A stretch of DNA of 63,187 nt, filler included. It is 25 parts of 25 records of this genome, joined end to end, with 100 filler letters (N's around TTAATTAATTAA, not from the genome) between each part and the next. Parts side by side here need not be neighbours in the genome. Positions count along the whole stretch, not along the records: positions 34,687 to 36,833 come from SRR16133337_54580; positions 36,934 to 39,386 come from SRR16133337_54603; positions 39,487 to 41,813 come from SRR16133337_55319; positions 41,914 to 43,940 come from SRR16133337_55630; positions 44,041 to 46,154 come from SRR16133337_55718; 20 more parts are not named here. One strand, given 5' to 3'. The translations under genes were made by a program, and so were the position numbers. The notes below the pieces were generated by a model. That model was given only the letters and a program-made list of their open reading frames with translations. It had not been told where the DNA came from and did not search any database. Positions 34,751-45,055 of the stretch are shown piece after piece. Numbering within the stretch: the stretch's first letter is position 1; each line of letters begins with the position of its first letter.

Positions 34751-36001
34751 ATCTTCAAAGATATTGTTCGCCCATGCTTCAAATCCAATGAGCGTGTCAT
34801 ATTGATTTAGATCACATAATCGTTTACAAACATGAAATAAAACCTGAACGACATAAAAGCAAAAAAATTCAAAAATTACAATATAAACGAAAAAGAATTT
34901 TAAATGTTGGGCTGTTTGTTTTTCATCTTTAATCAACGAGAAATCGGGAAATTTCATTTTTCTCTCGATTTCTTAGTATAAAAACTTCGTGTTTAAAAAC
35001 ACTTTTTGGGGGAAAACAAGTCATCGAACAGAACAAAAAAGGCTGACAATTCACAAAGTGTTTGTTTTATAATTATATCTGCCGATTATCGAAACAAAAA
35101 CTGAAATATCCAAACATGTAAAAAAATAGAAGTTTGAAATATTGACATATTTTGTTTTGAAAAAAACGATTCAGACATAAATGGCTTTAAAAAACTGATT
35201 TTCTTCTGTGATATTCCCCAGTAAAACAACGAGAAAAAAATCGTTCTAGCCTTATCAACCGGAATAAAAATGAAGATATTTCTTAAAATCCAGTTTTCGT
35301 TCACAAAATACACATTCATGGAAATGAGAAAATGCACACAAAAATGCTTCACGCATTCCCTTGATTTTTACAAAATAGTTGTTCTTTGAAATCGTTTTCA
35401 TTTAAAAATTCAACTCTTTAGCAAGCAAAATGGTTTTATTTTTTTAAAAAAAAACAGAAAAACGTTTGACATTATGTTATACACTTTTGGCGTCAGGGTT
35501 AGGTTAAGGGCACAACTTCAAAATTAACTAATATTTCATTTCAACTTCTTATTGTTAGCACTAAACAATTTTTGTTCTGACAAAAAACATTGAAAATTAT
35601 TTTTTTCTCCAAAAATAAAAAACTAAACTTTTCTAAAGAAATGTAAATAAAGAACGACAATAGTTTCTGTTGTCACTTTACCTGTAATGATTCATCTCTG
35701 TATTTTTCCTCAAGCTTTCGTCCACTCGCCAAAACTTTTAATCGTTTCATTCCATTTATAAGAACTGAACACGGAGAATCACATTCAATCGAAGCTTTCA
35801 AAACAGCGGGTCGAATACGATCATTGAAAAATCTTTCACATGTATTACGAACTTTTGTGAAAAATTTACAGCTATCCTTATTGGAAATCGGTAGCGCCAC
35901 GGTTCCTTGATACGCGTTGAAAATATATTTCTCAATTAAATCGAGCGTTTGTAGAAGTGAATGGAGGAGTCCTTGTTTTTTCAGTGAGAACGATGGAGTT
36001 A
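34751..36001 (-). CDS. SMG1: SMG1-like PIKK kinase, two internal exons (36001-35682 and 34843-34751)
   Basis: The spliced product LLQTLDLIEKYIFNAYQGTVALP..KFFTKVRNTCERFFNDRIRPAVL..|VLFHVCKRLCDLNQYDTLIGFEAW resembles, from memory, the SMG1 region LENLEK.MYNAYEG..FF..NRQTC.DWL.RIR..EALCEL...EAIQGIAVW. GT-AG junctions are in phase. Confidence 0.68.
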
Positions 36002-36937
36002 CTGAGATACAAACATTAAAGAAAAAAATAGTTTAGCGGGGAAAATCCAGACGACGTGTAAAATTCATGATTTGCTGCATTTTTTAATATTTTCGCGTCT
36101 ATTCAACAAAAATACAAACTTTATAGATTATTTGAAGTGAATAATCACAAGTTTCGAGTTTGTCGCAAAACTATTACGTGTCCCAATTATTTTAAAATGA
36201 ATAAACGTGAATGATGGAACTTTTTGTCTCTAAAATGCAAGAAAATAACACATTTTCTCAGAACATGTTTTATTGATACCACTTTCTCTTTTTTTCGCGG
36301 GTACGGACTTTGCTGAAAAAAAGAAAAAGGAATAGCATGTAGTTTCGTCCGAAAAATGTATTCAATTTTAGTAAAATTGCTGACATTGGAACAGTGTCTA
36401 CAATGTGTACGCAGGACAGCAGTTATACTTTGTTGTTCTCTGTGTTGATATAGTACGCATGTACACGAGTCTATAAAACCCTCACACATTTTTAAGGAGC
36501 ATAATAGTGTGTAATTTTTCAATTCGTTTACACAATTACATACAAAGTTGCTCCATTAGATTTCAATTTGAAACTGTTTCAAAACTTGTAACAATTTTCA
36601 GAATGCATATATATGAAACAACTACTAACCTTGGACAGCACGTTCGAGAAACTCGAGAAATTGTTTTGGCATTCCAAAGGGAGTGTTCAGTCTCGTTCTG
36701 ACAGGATATTTTGCGCATTCCATCGCAAGCCAAAAAATTGCGAAGTTATTGTCGTTTTTCGCAAGTGATATAAAATTTCGAAGCTTTTGGAGTTCCTATG
36801 TAAAACAAAATATTCAAAAATTTAATGGAGAAANNNNNNNNNNNNNNNNNNNNNNNNNNNNNNNNNNNNNNNNNNNNTTAATTAATTAANNNNNNNNNNN
36901 NNNNNNNNNNNNNNNNNNNNNNNNNNNNNNNNNACAA

Positions 36938-37160
36938 GATACTCCATCTGTTTAGGTTGATTACAAAATTCAAGTATAAACAGTTTTTTCTTAGTTTGGA
37001 AATTGTTCTCGAAAATAGAAAAAAGATACGCTTTTGAGTCTTTGCTCCATAATTAATATATAATATCCCCCGAAATTACTATATTTATTCTTACTTAAAA
37101 ATACCTAAGTCAAAAAATATTTTCTAAGCTCTGCCCCTTAGCACCCCAAAAATTTTAGAG
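36938..37160 (+). mobile_element. Two degenerate MITE-family ends (36938-36956 and 37129-37160)
   Basis: GATACTCCATCTGTTTAG and CTCTGCCCCTTAGCACCCCAAAAATTTTAGAG. Confidence 0.5.
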
Positions 37161-37317
37161 AGGTTATCGCTTTACAACCTAAAACTAGAAACAAAAAGAA
37201 AATGAGTTGGATGGAAAATCATGATAAATATTTTTGTAAAAGCTTCATAATTATCTCGTTAAGCTTTTTTATTTTTAACATTGTCATTGCTTTTTTAATG
37301 TAAATCAACCCAATTTT

Positions 37318-38085
37318 ATGAGAAGATTAAGTTTCCTTTTCCTATTTTTCCTTAGCATTTTTGTCTATTCTCAAGAAAATAAAGACGCCTATAAAAAAGG
37401 AGAATTGTTAAAATATAAAATTCATTATGGAATTATAAATGCAGGTTATACGACTTTGACAGTCGACGAAAAAAAGGATGAAACACAAAATGTATTTCAT
37501 TTTATTGGAAAAGGTTGGACTACAGGTGTGGCAAATTGGTTTTTTAAAGTAAGAGATACCTATGAATCTTTTGTTGATAAAAAAACGAGATTACCAATCC
37601 ATTTTATAAGACGTGTAAATGAAGGAGGGCATACAATTGATAGAGATATATACTTTGATCAGGATAAAAATATTGCGAAGGTAGAAGATCACAAATACAA
37701 CACAAAAAGTGAAATAGAAGCCATTGGCGTTCAGGATATGATTTCTGCTCTTTATGCCTTACGAAATAAAAACATAGATTCTTTAAAGGTTGGAGAAAGT
37801 ATACAATTGCAATTGTTTTTTGATGCAGAAACCTATCCTTTTAAATTACAATATCTAGGGAAAGAAATCTTAACTACAAAATTTGGAAAAATAGTTTGTT
37901 ATAAAATGAACCCTTTGGTTCAATCAGGAAGAGTTTTTAAAAACGAAAAAAGTTTAACCTTTTGGATTTCTTCAGACTCGAATAAAATCCCTATAAGAAT
38001 TAAAGTCTCTTTGGCTGTAGGTTCTATAAAAATAGATTTGAATCAGTGGAAAGGATTGTCCCATCCTTTTCCTATTCTTTTATAA
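37318..38085 (+). CDS. DUF3108 domain exported protein
   Basis: Signal peptide, GELLKYKIHYG..NAG, FFKVRDTYES, QDMISA, GRVFK, WISSDSNKIPIRI; typical Bacteroidota family. Confidence 0.8.
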   Translation: MRRLSFLFLFFLSIFVYSQENKDAYKKGELLKYKIHYGIINAGYTTLTVDEKKDETQNVFHFIGKGWTTGVANWFFKVRDTYESFVDKKTRLPIHFIRRVNEGGHTIDRDIYFDQDKNIAKVEDHKYNTKSEIEAIGVQDMISALYALRNKNIDSLKVGESIQLQLFFDAETYPFKLQYLGKEILTTKFGKIVCYKMNPLVQSGRVFKNEKSLTFWISSDSNKIPIRIKVSLAVGSIKIDLNQWKGLSHPFPILL

Positions 38086-38117
38086 GAAAAATTGTAAATT
38101 CGCAATATATTTAATTT

Positions 38118-39362
38118 TTGATCCTTTTGAGACATTTCTTTTTATTTCTATTATTTCCAATACTATTCCTTTCTTGTAGCGATAAGAAAAAGACGCTTCG
38201 GAATATTGAAAAACAAAAGGAAGAGCCAGAAATCATTTTTAAGTTTGGCTATAAATTAAATGACTACAAAGTCATGAACGATACAGTGGCACATGGAGAA
38301 AGTTTTGGTGAAATATTAGATCGAAACCATGTCATGTATCCAAAAATTTTAGAAATTTCTAAAAAAGTAAAAAATACTTTTGATGTACAACATCTAAGAG
38401 CTAGAAAACCTTATACAATTTTAGCAAAAAAAGATTCTACAGAAGAAGCACAAGTGTTTATCTATCAACACGATTTGATCCATTATACTACCCTCGATTT
38501 TAAAGATTCTATAATTACTGCGTACAAAGGGAAAAGAGAGGTGAAAACAGTTGTCAAAAAAGTATCAGGCATCATTACAAGTTCTCTTTCAGAGGCCTTA
38601 GATAATCAGGGGGTAAATGCAATTATTACCAATGAACTTTCTGAAATTTATGCTTGGACAATCGACTTTTTTAGGTTGCAAAAAAAGGATAAATTTAAAG
38701 TTATTTATGAACAAAAATATGTAGAAGATACCCTGCCTGCAGGTATCGGAAAAATAAAAGCAACCTATTTTGAACATGTAGGAAAACCATTTTATGCGTT
38801 CCACTATGTTTCCGATTCTATTTTGGGTATTGAAGAGTATTTTGATGAAAATGCAGGGCATTTACGGAGAGCCTTTTTAAAAGCTCCTTTAAAATTTAGC
38901 CGAATTTCTTCTCGATACAATCTCAAACGAAAAATTGCGTTTTACGGAAAAACAAAAGCTCATAAGGGAACTGATTTTGCGGCTCCTGTAGGAAGCCCTA
39001 TTATGAGTACTGCTAATGGACGTGTAATTAAGTCAGGAAAAAAAAGGGGGAATGGAAACTATGTAAAAATCCGTCACAACGCAACCTATTCTACCCAATA
39101 TCTACACCTAAAAAAACGCAACGTAAAAGTTGGAGATTATGTAAAACAAGGAGATGTAATAGGTTGGGTTGGGTTAACTGGAAATACTTCAGGACCTCAT
39201 GTGTGTTACCGCTTTTGGAAAAATGGAGTACAAGTCGATCCTTTAAAGCAAAAACTTCCCCCAGCAAAAGCTATGAAAAAAGAAATAAAACCAAAGTATT
39301 TAGATTTCATTCAATCTATAAAAGTAGATTTGGATGCAATAGAATATACTCCGTCCGGTTAG
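38118..39362 (+). CDS. M23 family peptidoglycan DD-metalloendopeptidase (lipoprotein-like N-terminus)
   Basis: FLSC lipobox-like, FLKAPL, RISSRY, HKGTDFAAP (HxxxD), GNGNYVKIRH, YLHL, GPHVCYRF. The stop codon lies inside the MITE end. Confidence 0.93.
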   Translation: MILLRHFFLFLLFPILFLSCSDKKKTLRNIEKQKEEPEIIFKFGYKLNDYKVMNDTVAHGESFGEILDRNHVMYPKILEISKKVKNTFDVQHLRARKPYTILAKKDSTEEAQVFIYQHDLIHYTTLDFKDSIITAYKGKREVKTVVKKVSGIITSSLSEALDNQGVNAIITNELSEIYAWTIDFFRLQKKDKFKVIYEQKYVEDTLPAGIGKIKATYFEHVGKPFYAFHYVSDSILGIEEYFDENAGHLRRAFLKAPLKFSRISSRYNLKRKIAFYGKTKAHKGTDFAAPVGSPIMSTANGRVIKSGKKRGNGNYVKIRHNATYSTQYLHLKKRNVKVGDYVKQGDVIGWVGLTGNTSGPHVCYRFWKNGVQVDPLKQKLPPAKAMKKEIKPKYLDFIQSIKVDLDAIEYTPSG

Positions 39363-39386
39363 AACCCCGAAAATTTTAGGCTTGCT
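39345..39386 (+). mobile_element. MITE left end supplying YTPSG* of the M23 gene; contig ends inside it
   Basis: TATACTCCGTCCGGTTAGAACCCCGAAAATTTTAGGCTTGCT. Confidence 0.8.
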
Positions 39387-39638
39387 NNNNNNNNNNNNNN
39401 NNNNNNNNNNNNNNNNNNNNNNNNNNNNNNTTAATTAATTAANNNNNNNNNNNNNNNNNNNNNNNNNNNNNNNNNNNNNNNNNNNNATGTTCCATATGCT
39501 GAGATAGCTTTTTTTTCCATACTCGCTATATGTGAAAGACGAAGTTTTTGAATTAATTCACATGAGTGGAAATTTTTACGTGACAATGTTCGCTCTTTCT
39601 TTGATAGCGCGCATATGTGATTGTGAAACATTTTAGGG

Positions 39639-41580
39639 GATTGCAGGCGAGTAATTAAATCATTTTATCACCACTTTTACGTATTCCTGCAAATCACCGA
39701 TATAACATGTTGCCTTACAATAATTTATTGTCTTAAAAAATATTCCGTCCAAAAATTACGAATTGTGGATTTTTCAATATCATAAAAAATTACAGGGAAA
39801 ATAAAATACGTTGTGATCAAGAGGGTAGTGGAGTTATCGTCACAAGGCAGAAAGTTTTGAAATTTCGAAAACCAAATTAAAAAAAGAGCGAACAAATTCA
39901 TACGTTGAAATATTTATTGTTGTTTTTTTTAAAAATCTACTCAAAGGAAGTATTACTTTTTGTGACGGTTGTTTTGTTTGTATTTTTTCAAACAAAATTT
40001 TAATCCCCAAATTTTTTCGTTTTTGGGCGGTGTGTTGTTTTAGATGTGTGTGATGATTGGTGGATCTAATAAGATATATATTCTCCTACAACCTTTTTGC
40101 GCATTCAATTTCATCACATTTTCGTTTTATTTTTTATTTTTTGTCAATACAGGGGATATCAAATAAATAACGCCGTTACTCCATCCGGTAATTGAAACAA
40201 TTGAAAATTAAGATTTATTTCAGAATTCACGTTTTGGAGAAAATGGAAAATTTTGAGTTCATTTCGGTTGAAAAGCCTTACCACGACCACTTAAGTGCTA
40301 AATTATGTTTCACTAACATTTCTTGAAAAGCCTCACCACGACCACTTTTTGTGTCTCACCTTTCCAAGAGTAATTAAAGTTTTGTTGATTTTATCTATTT
40401 TCTTTCCAAGTTACTTCTCATTGGTGACAATTTTCACATGACTTGTATCGACTTAAAGATTACTCAAATTTTACACTTACTATCGATCCTCATCTTGTAG
40501 TGCATGAGTATGATTGAAAAAGCATTTCTGCAGATTGCAGGTCAATAATTGATACATGTTCCTTTGTCAGCTTTGTCAGCGAGACTGAATAATACTCCTG
40601 CAAATCATTTACATGAATTTTTTGTCTTGTAACCACAATTTACATAACTCAAATTTCAGAGAATGTAAAAATACTCGACATCATAACAATTACATCGAAA
40701 ATAGAATGCGTTGTGATTGTGGGAGTATCTTAAGAAATCAGAAGTTTTTGGGTTTAGAAAAATCAAGTCAAAAAAGAACAAACATATTTTATACACCGAA
40801 ATGTTTATTGTTTTTTCAAAAATGAAAATGTTCTTTTGTTGTTTCTTGCACTATCAATTATTAATTTAAGAAAAATATACAAAATGAAATGTTATGGTGG
40901 TAGATATTTAGCACAAGTAAATATTGAAAAGATGTGAAAACGCGCGAAGGGCTGCCGGCCTTCGGCCTAGCTGGCGGTTGCCAAGAGCAAGCGCTTGCGT
41001 TTGTGATCTGTCCGTAGTAAATTATAACACACAGTTATTTTTTTAATTTTTTTTTTGTCAATTGTTAATATGTGCACCAAATTCTTTGCTGTCGAGATAA
41101 TTCCTTCTGAAAATGCTGTGTACTTCTCTGCAAAAATGATTTTGTATTTTGTGTAAATAATTTTAATTTGTATAAAATCTAATAATTGTTTTGGTTTGGC
41201 TCGTTTTGTGTAAAAACCTACATGTTTTGAGAAAAATGGAGAATTTTTATCGTTGTGGGTGATATTTTACACCAATGACGAAGCTTTTCAAGTTACTTTA
41301 TATAAGTCATAAGCCTCGACTGTAAAATTTAACTTCCAAGTATTTTTCTGCCTGGTGAGTAAACTTTTACTGCGAAATTGGAAAATTTTACAGTTGGGGC
41401 TTATTAGGTAAGCGATGTGCTTCTACATTCCATGGATTCTTGTCTGCATTTTATTTTTGTTATGCTTTGTTTCCGAAATAGTACATATGAATACACATGA
41501 ATGAAAAAGCATTTTAAAGGATTGCAGGTTAATAATTAAATCATTTAAAAGCTAATTAAACGCGATATTCCCTGCAAACC
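39639..41580 (+). repeat. Three related hairpin motifs (39639-39695, 40533-40606, 41520-41580) in a diverged ~0.9-1 kb repeat unit
   Basis: GATTGCAGG-N38/55/42-CCTGCAAA(T/C)C with shared flanks; spacing 894 and 987 nt. Confidence 0.7.
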
Positions 41581-43910
41581 ATTGATGCGTGTTTTAGTTT
41601 TGTATCCACGATTTAAATGTCAATCCAATTACGAAATATGACGTCCAAAAATTCCAGAATTTTAATTTGTGGAATTCATTTCTCAATAATAATTTATAAC
41701 TGTAAGAACATTGGCCACTCCTAAAATAGTTTTTCGAGAAAATACCAAATATCTCAAGATGCAAGTTGAGGAATAAAAAGCAAATTTCTAACACATGTGC
41801 AATACCTTTTTCTNNNNNNNNNNNNNNNNNNNNNNNNNNNNNNNNNNNNNNNNNNNNTTAATTAATTAANNNNNNNNNNNNNNNNNNNNNNNNNNNNNNN
41901 NNNNNNNNNNNNNTTTTTGCCTCAAATCTGACCTTTTGGGTGTTGTGAATTTAAACGTTTAGTTTTGGCCCAGTGAATTCAGAACACCAAAAATGTGAAA
42001 TCTAAACTTCCGCCAAGTGGCACAGTGAATTTTAGTTTGCCAATATCATCTTTCGGATGCTATTTTTCTCAAATATTGTTTCTTATCCTCTTGTAATAAA
42101 GCGCAAATAACCAAATAGGAAATTTCCTTGGTGGGTGTTGTTTGGTGCCACTGTTTGGAACTACTTGCAAGGATATCTCTAAAGGAAAGAGAAACAAGTG
42201 TCAACACAACCATCAGCAACATAGTAAAGCACCTGTGCTTACCAAATCGATACCGACAAATCTATCTGTTTTCCCGGGACCATTCATCAAATTCGTTTTA
42301 CAAAGAGCTTGCTTTGTCACACAGGTTAAAAAGGCGATCAAAACTTTGAATGTGTTAATGCAATAATCTTGCTCTTAACAAAAAGACATAATAAGTTTAC
42401 CCTAACCTGAAGTGCAAAACGCGGCTTTCCTCGAACCAAGAGTCCAAATAAGCTTGATTGCATTTTTGTGAAAGAGAAAAGCAATCATGGCAGGGAGGGA
42501 AATTCCGAACGTGACAGACGGTGATTGTGCTGTCAATTCTCAAAACTCGACCTCCGAGGTTATCAGTGACCATGACCAAACTCCTCTCATCACCTCTCCA
42601 AACGGATCTGTTAGAAAAATTGGTGAGTGCGTTGTCTTCGGAGTGCGTGGTTGTGTGGGTCGGGAGTGAATTTTTTCCGCGCTTCATGAAAAAAAATGCG
42701 GTTTGTGAAAACGTCAAAGATTTTGTGTGTCCTTTATTCTCCAATCGTTTTTCACCACAAGTATCTTTTCACTTGGAAGGCCATGCCAATTCATGTTTGC
42801 ACGTCTTTGATTTTTGGACACCCAAAGAACCAGGGTAAATTTCTTTGCAAAATGGATCATATTCAAGTGGCTGCTTGGTGATACTCTTTCAAGAAAACGT
42901 GTTGAAAGCAAAAATTGGCGGATGTGTTGTCGTAACTGACCCAAGCTAAGGCATTGCCCCTCTTGTTATTCAAATATAAATTTTTCACTAGTTTTTAGAA
43001 CCTATGAAAAACTTGTTTTTCAATCCCGTTTTACAAAACTTCATTCTTTTAGAGAGGGAAATTTCATTTTGCATTGGATCTTTAAAAAAAAAAAAATGAA
43101 AATGTTTTCATGAACAGTGGTGGATTTGTGGTCAAGAGTACGGAGTGGGGGATATTCGAAATTTGAAGATCAAAGAAATTTCACATGTTTTTGGTGCTCA
43201 CATGTGTGTGGTTCAAAATTCAAATTTGATTGCGTCACCATCGCGCTGTATCGGCATTTGGTATGAAAAATGTGATTCCGCTTGTAAAGCTCCAAGTGTT
43301 TTGATGTATTCCCTAAATCTTTTGCTCTCTTAATGACGTTATATATTTTGGCAAATGGCGTTGACTCAAAACAATTGTCCTAAGGACGCAAATGTTATTT
43401 TGTGGAAACTTGAATGGGTGTGGGGGAATTTACTTACTTTTTTTGAGGAGGAATGCAGCAGCGTACCCAAAAAAATGTATTTAATTCTCTTTTTGTATCT
43501 TGCATTGTGAATTGGTGACTGTTTTTAGAAAATACAACAAAATCGTACAAAATCTATACTCGTTATTCCAAAGTACACCCCCCCTCTGAAGCAGAATTTC
43601 TTTCAATGTGACGTTTCCCCACTGTGAAAACCCAATTCTATGGTGACATTTGTTTACCATAATTTTCTTCGAGCCTCCAGGGATACTAACAGTAGCTGTC
43701 ACCTAAATTTCAATCTTAGACGGGAGAATTAATTTTTTCGAGTCTGTGCATGGCAATTGTTTTTCATACGCCAATACGAGAAAGTGCTTTGGTGCCAGGA
43801 ATCAAGAATAAAACAAGTTTCGACCCCCACACATGTGAACAATTAACCATTAATTGTGCCCCTTTTGACTTGGTCGCCTACCGTAGAGCAAGCAGAAGAG
43901 GCACTCTCTC

Positions 43911-43940
43911 CTCATTCTCATTCTCATTCTCATTCTCATT
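43911..43940 (+). repeat. (CTCATT)5 microsatellite at the contig end
   Basis: Five exact hexamer copies. Confidence 0.9.
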
Positions 43941-44040
43941 NNNNNNNNNNNNNNNNNNNNNNNNNNNNNNNNNNNNNNNNNNNNTTAATTAATTAANNNN
44001 NNNNNNNNNNNNNNNNNNNNNNNNNNNNNNNNNNNNNNNN

Positions 44041-44093
44041 TAGAAACCCGAATTTTTAGAGTCCTCTTTTCGCTTCTAACTGGGCGGAGTATA
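44041..44093. mobile_element. Nearly complete short MITE copy (outer left end cut by the contig start)
   Basis: TAGAAACCCGAATTTTTAGAGTCCTCTTTTCGCTTCTAACTGGGCGGAGTATA contains both orientations of the terminus. Confidence 0.8.
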
Positions 44094-44187
44094 TCTACTT
44101 TAAAAAAAGCAACGGCATTGTTAATTGTATTTGTCGCCATTAAAATTCTTTGGAAATATTTTTAAGATGAAAGATTCCATGTTGAAT

Positions 44188-44202
44188 AGTGGGCGGAGTA
44201 TA
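44188..44202 (-). mobile_element. MITE terminal 15-mer with a different interior
   Basis: AGTGGGCGGAGTATA. Confidence 0.65.
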
Positions 44203-44279
44203 GATTTAGGGAATCCTTTTTGTTTATTCTTTTTACATCGTAAAAGCTTTTTATATATTTACGGTATGATACGTTTACG

Positions 44280-44969
44280 ATGAGATTTCTTAAAAAAAAA
44301 TATTCTTTAGTTTTTATTCTATTAATAAGTGGCTCTTCTATTTGTCAGACCTCTAAAAAAGCGAATGTAACCCGTGTTATTGAGCATTATTTTAAAGCTA
44401 TTGGAGGAAAAGATAGAGCCTTGCAAGTAACTACTTTTTCAACGATTTCCAAAGGAATCTTAGATACTAAAGAAATTATTTTGACTAAAAAATTAATGCT
44501 GCCTAACAACTATTATTCTAGGATGGATTTTGATGGATATATGGTTTCTAAGAAAGTTTTTAATGGTACTAAAGGATACATCATTCAACAAGACATTGAA
44601 GAGAAACTTGATGCAAAGGAAATAAAACGACACAAACAAAATAGAAGTATTTTTCCTGAATTTGATTATTTAAAAAATGCAAAATATATAGGCATTGAAA
44701 AAGTAAATGCAAAAGAAGCACAGGTACTTAAAGTTGGTAATACAAAGATATATTACGACATTGAAACGGGTTTAAAAGTAAAAGGTGTTCGTATTATAGA
44801 TAAACAGGGGCATACTTTTGAGCAACAATTATTTTTCTCTAAATACGTAAGCATTGAAGGAATTAAATTCCCTTCAAAATTGATCATCATTGCAGGAAAT
44901 AAAAAAATGGAACTACAAACTCAAACCCTATTAATTAATAAAGATATTACTCAAGAAGATTTTAAGTAA
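44280..44969 (+). CDS. Exported hypothetical protein (resembles LolA-like / flavobacterial M16 peptidase C-terminal domains)
   Basis: Signal peptide, VIEHYFKAIGG, YYDIETGLK, KY.SIEGIKFP, terminal DFK. Confidence 0.7.
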   Translation: MRFLKKKYSLVFILLISGSSICQTSKKANVTRVIEHYFKAIGGKDRALQVTTFSTISKGILDTKEIILTKKLMLPNNYYSRMDFDGYMVSKKVFNGTKGYIIQQDIEEKLDAKEIKRHKQNRSIFPEFDYLKNAKYIGIEKVNAKEAQVLKVGNTKIYYDIETGLKVKGVRIIDKQGHTFEQQLFFSKYVSIEGIKFPSKLIIIAGNKKMELQTQTLLINKDITQEDFK

Positions 44970-45015
44970 CGAATTCGTTGTAAAGGGGCAAAGGCACAGA
45001 AATAATTAATAAAGA

Positions 45016-45049
45016 TTTGGGTTTCTAACTGGGCGGAGTATAGAGTATA
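45016..45049 (-). mobile_element. MITE terminal repeat with duplicated GAGTATA tip, just past the heme A synthase stop
   Basis: TTTGGGTTTCTAACTGGGCGGAGTATA-GAGTATA. Confidence 0.8.
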
Positions 45050-45055
45050 TTTTGT

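Noticed and set aside
39639-41580. Hairpins as integron attC sites, SECIS elements or C/D snoRNAs
   Set aside because: No RYYYAAC/GTTRRRY core or cassette ORFs, no AUGA..GA quartet, and no RTGATGA/CTGA boxes.
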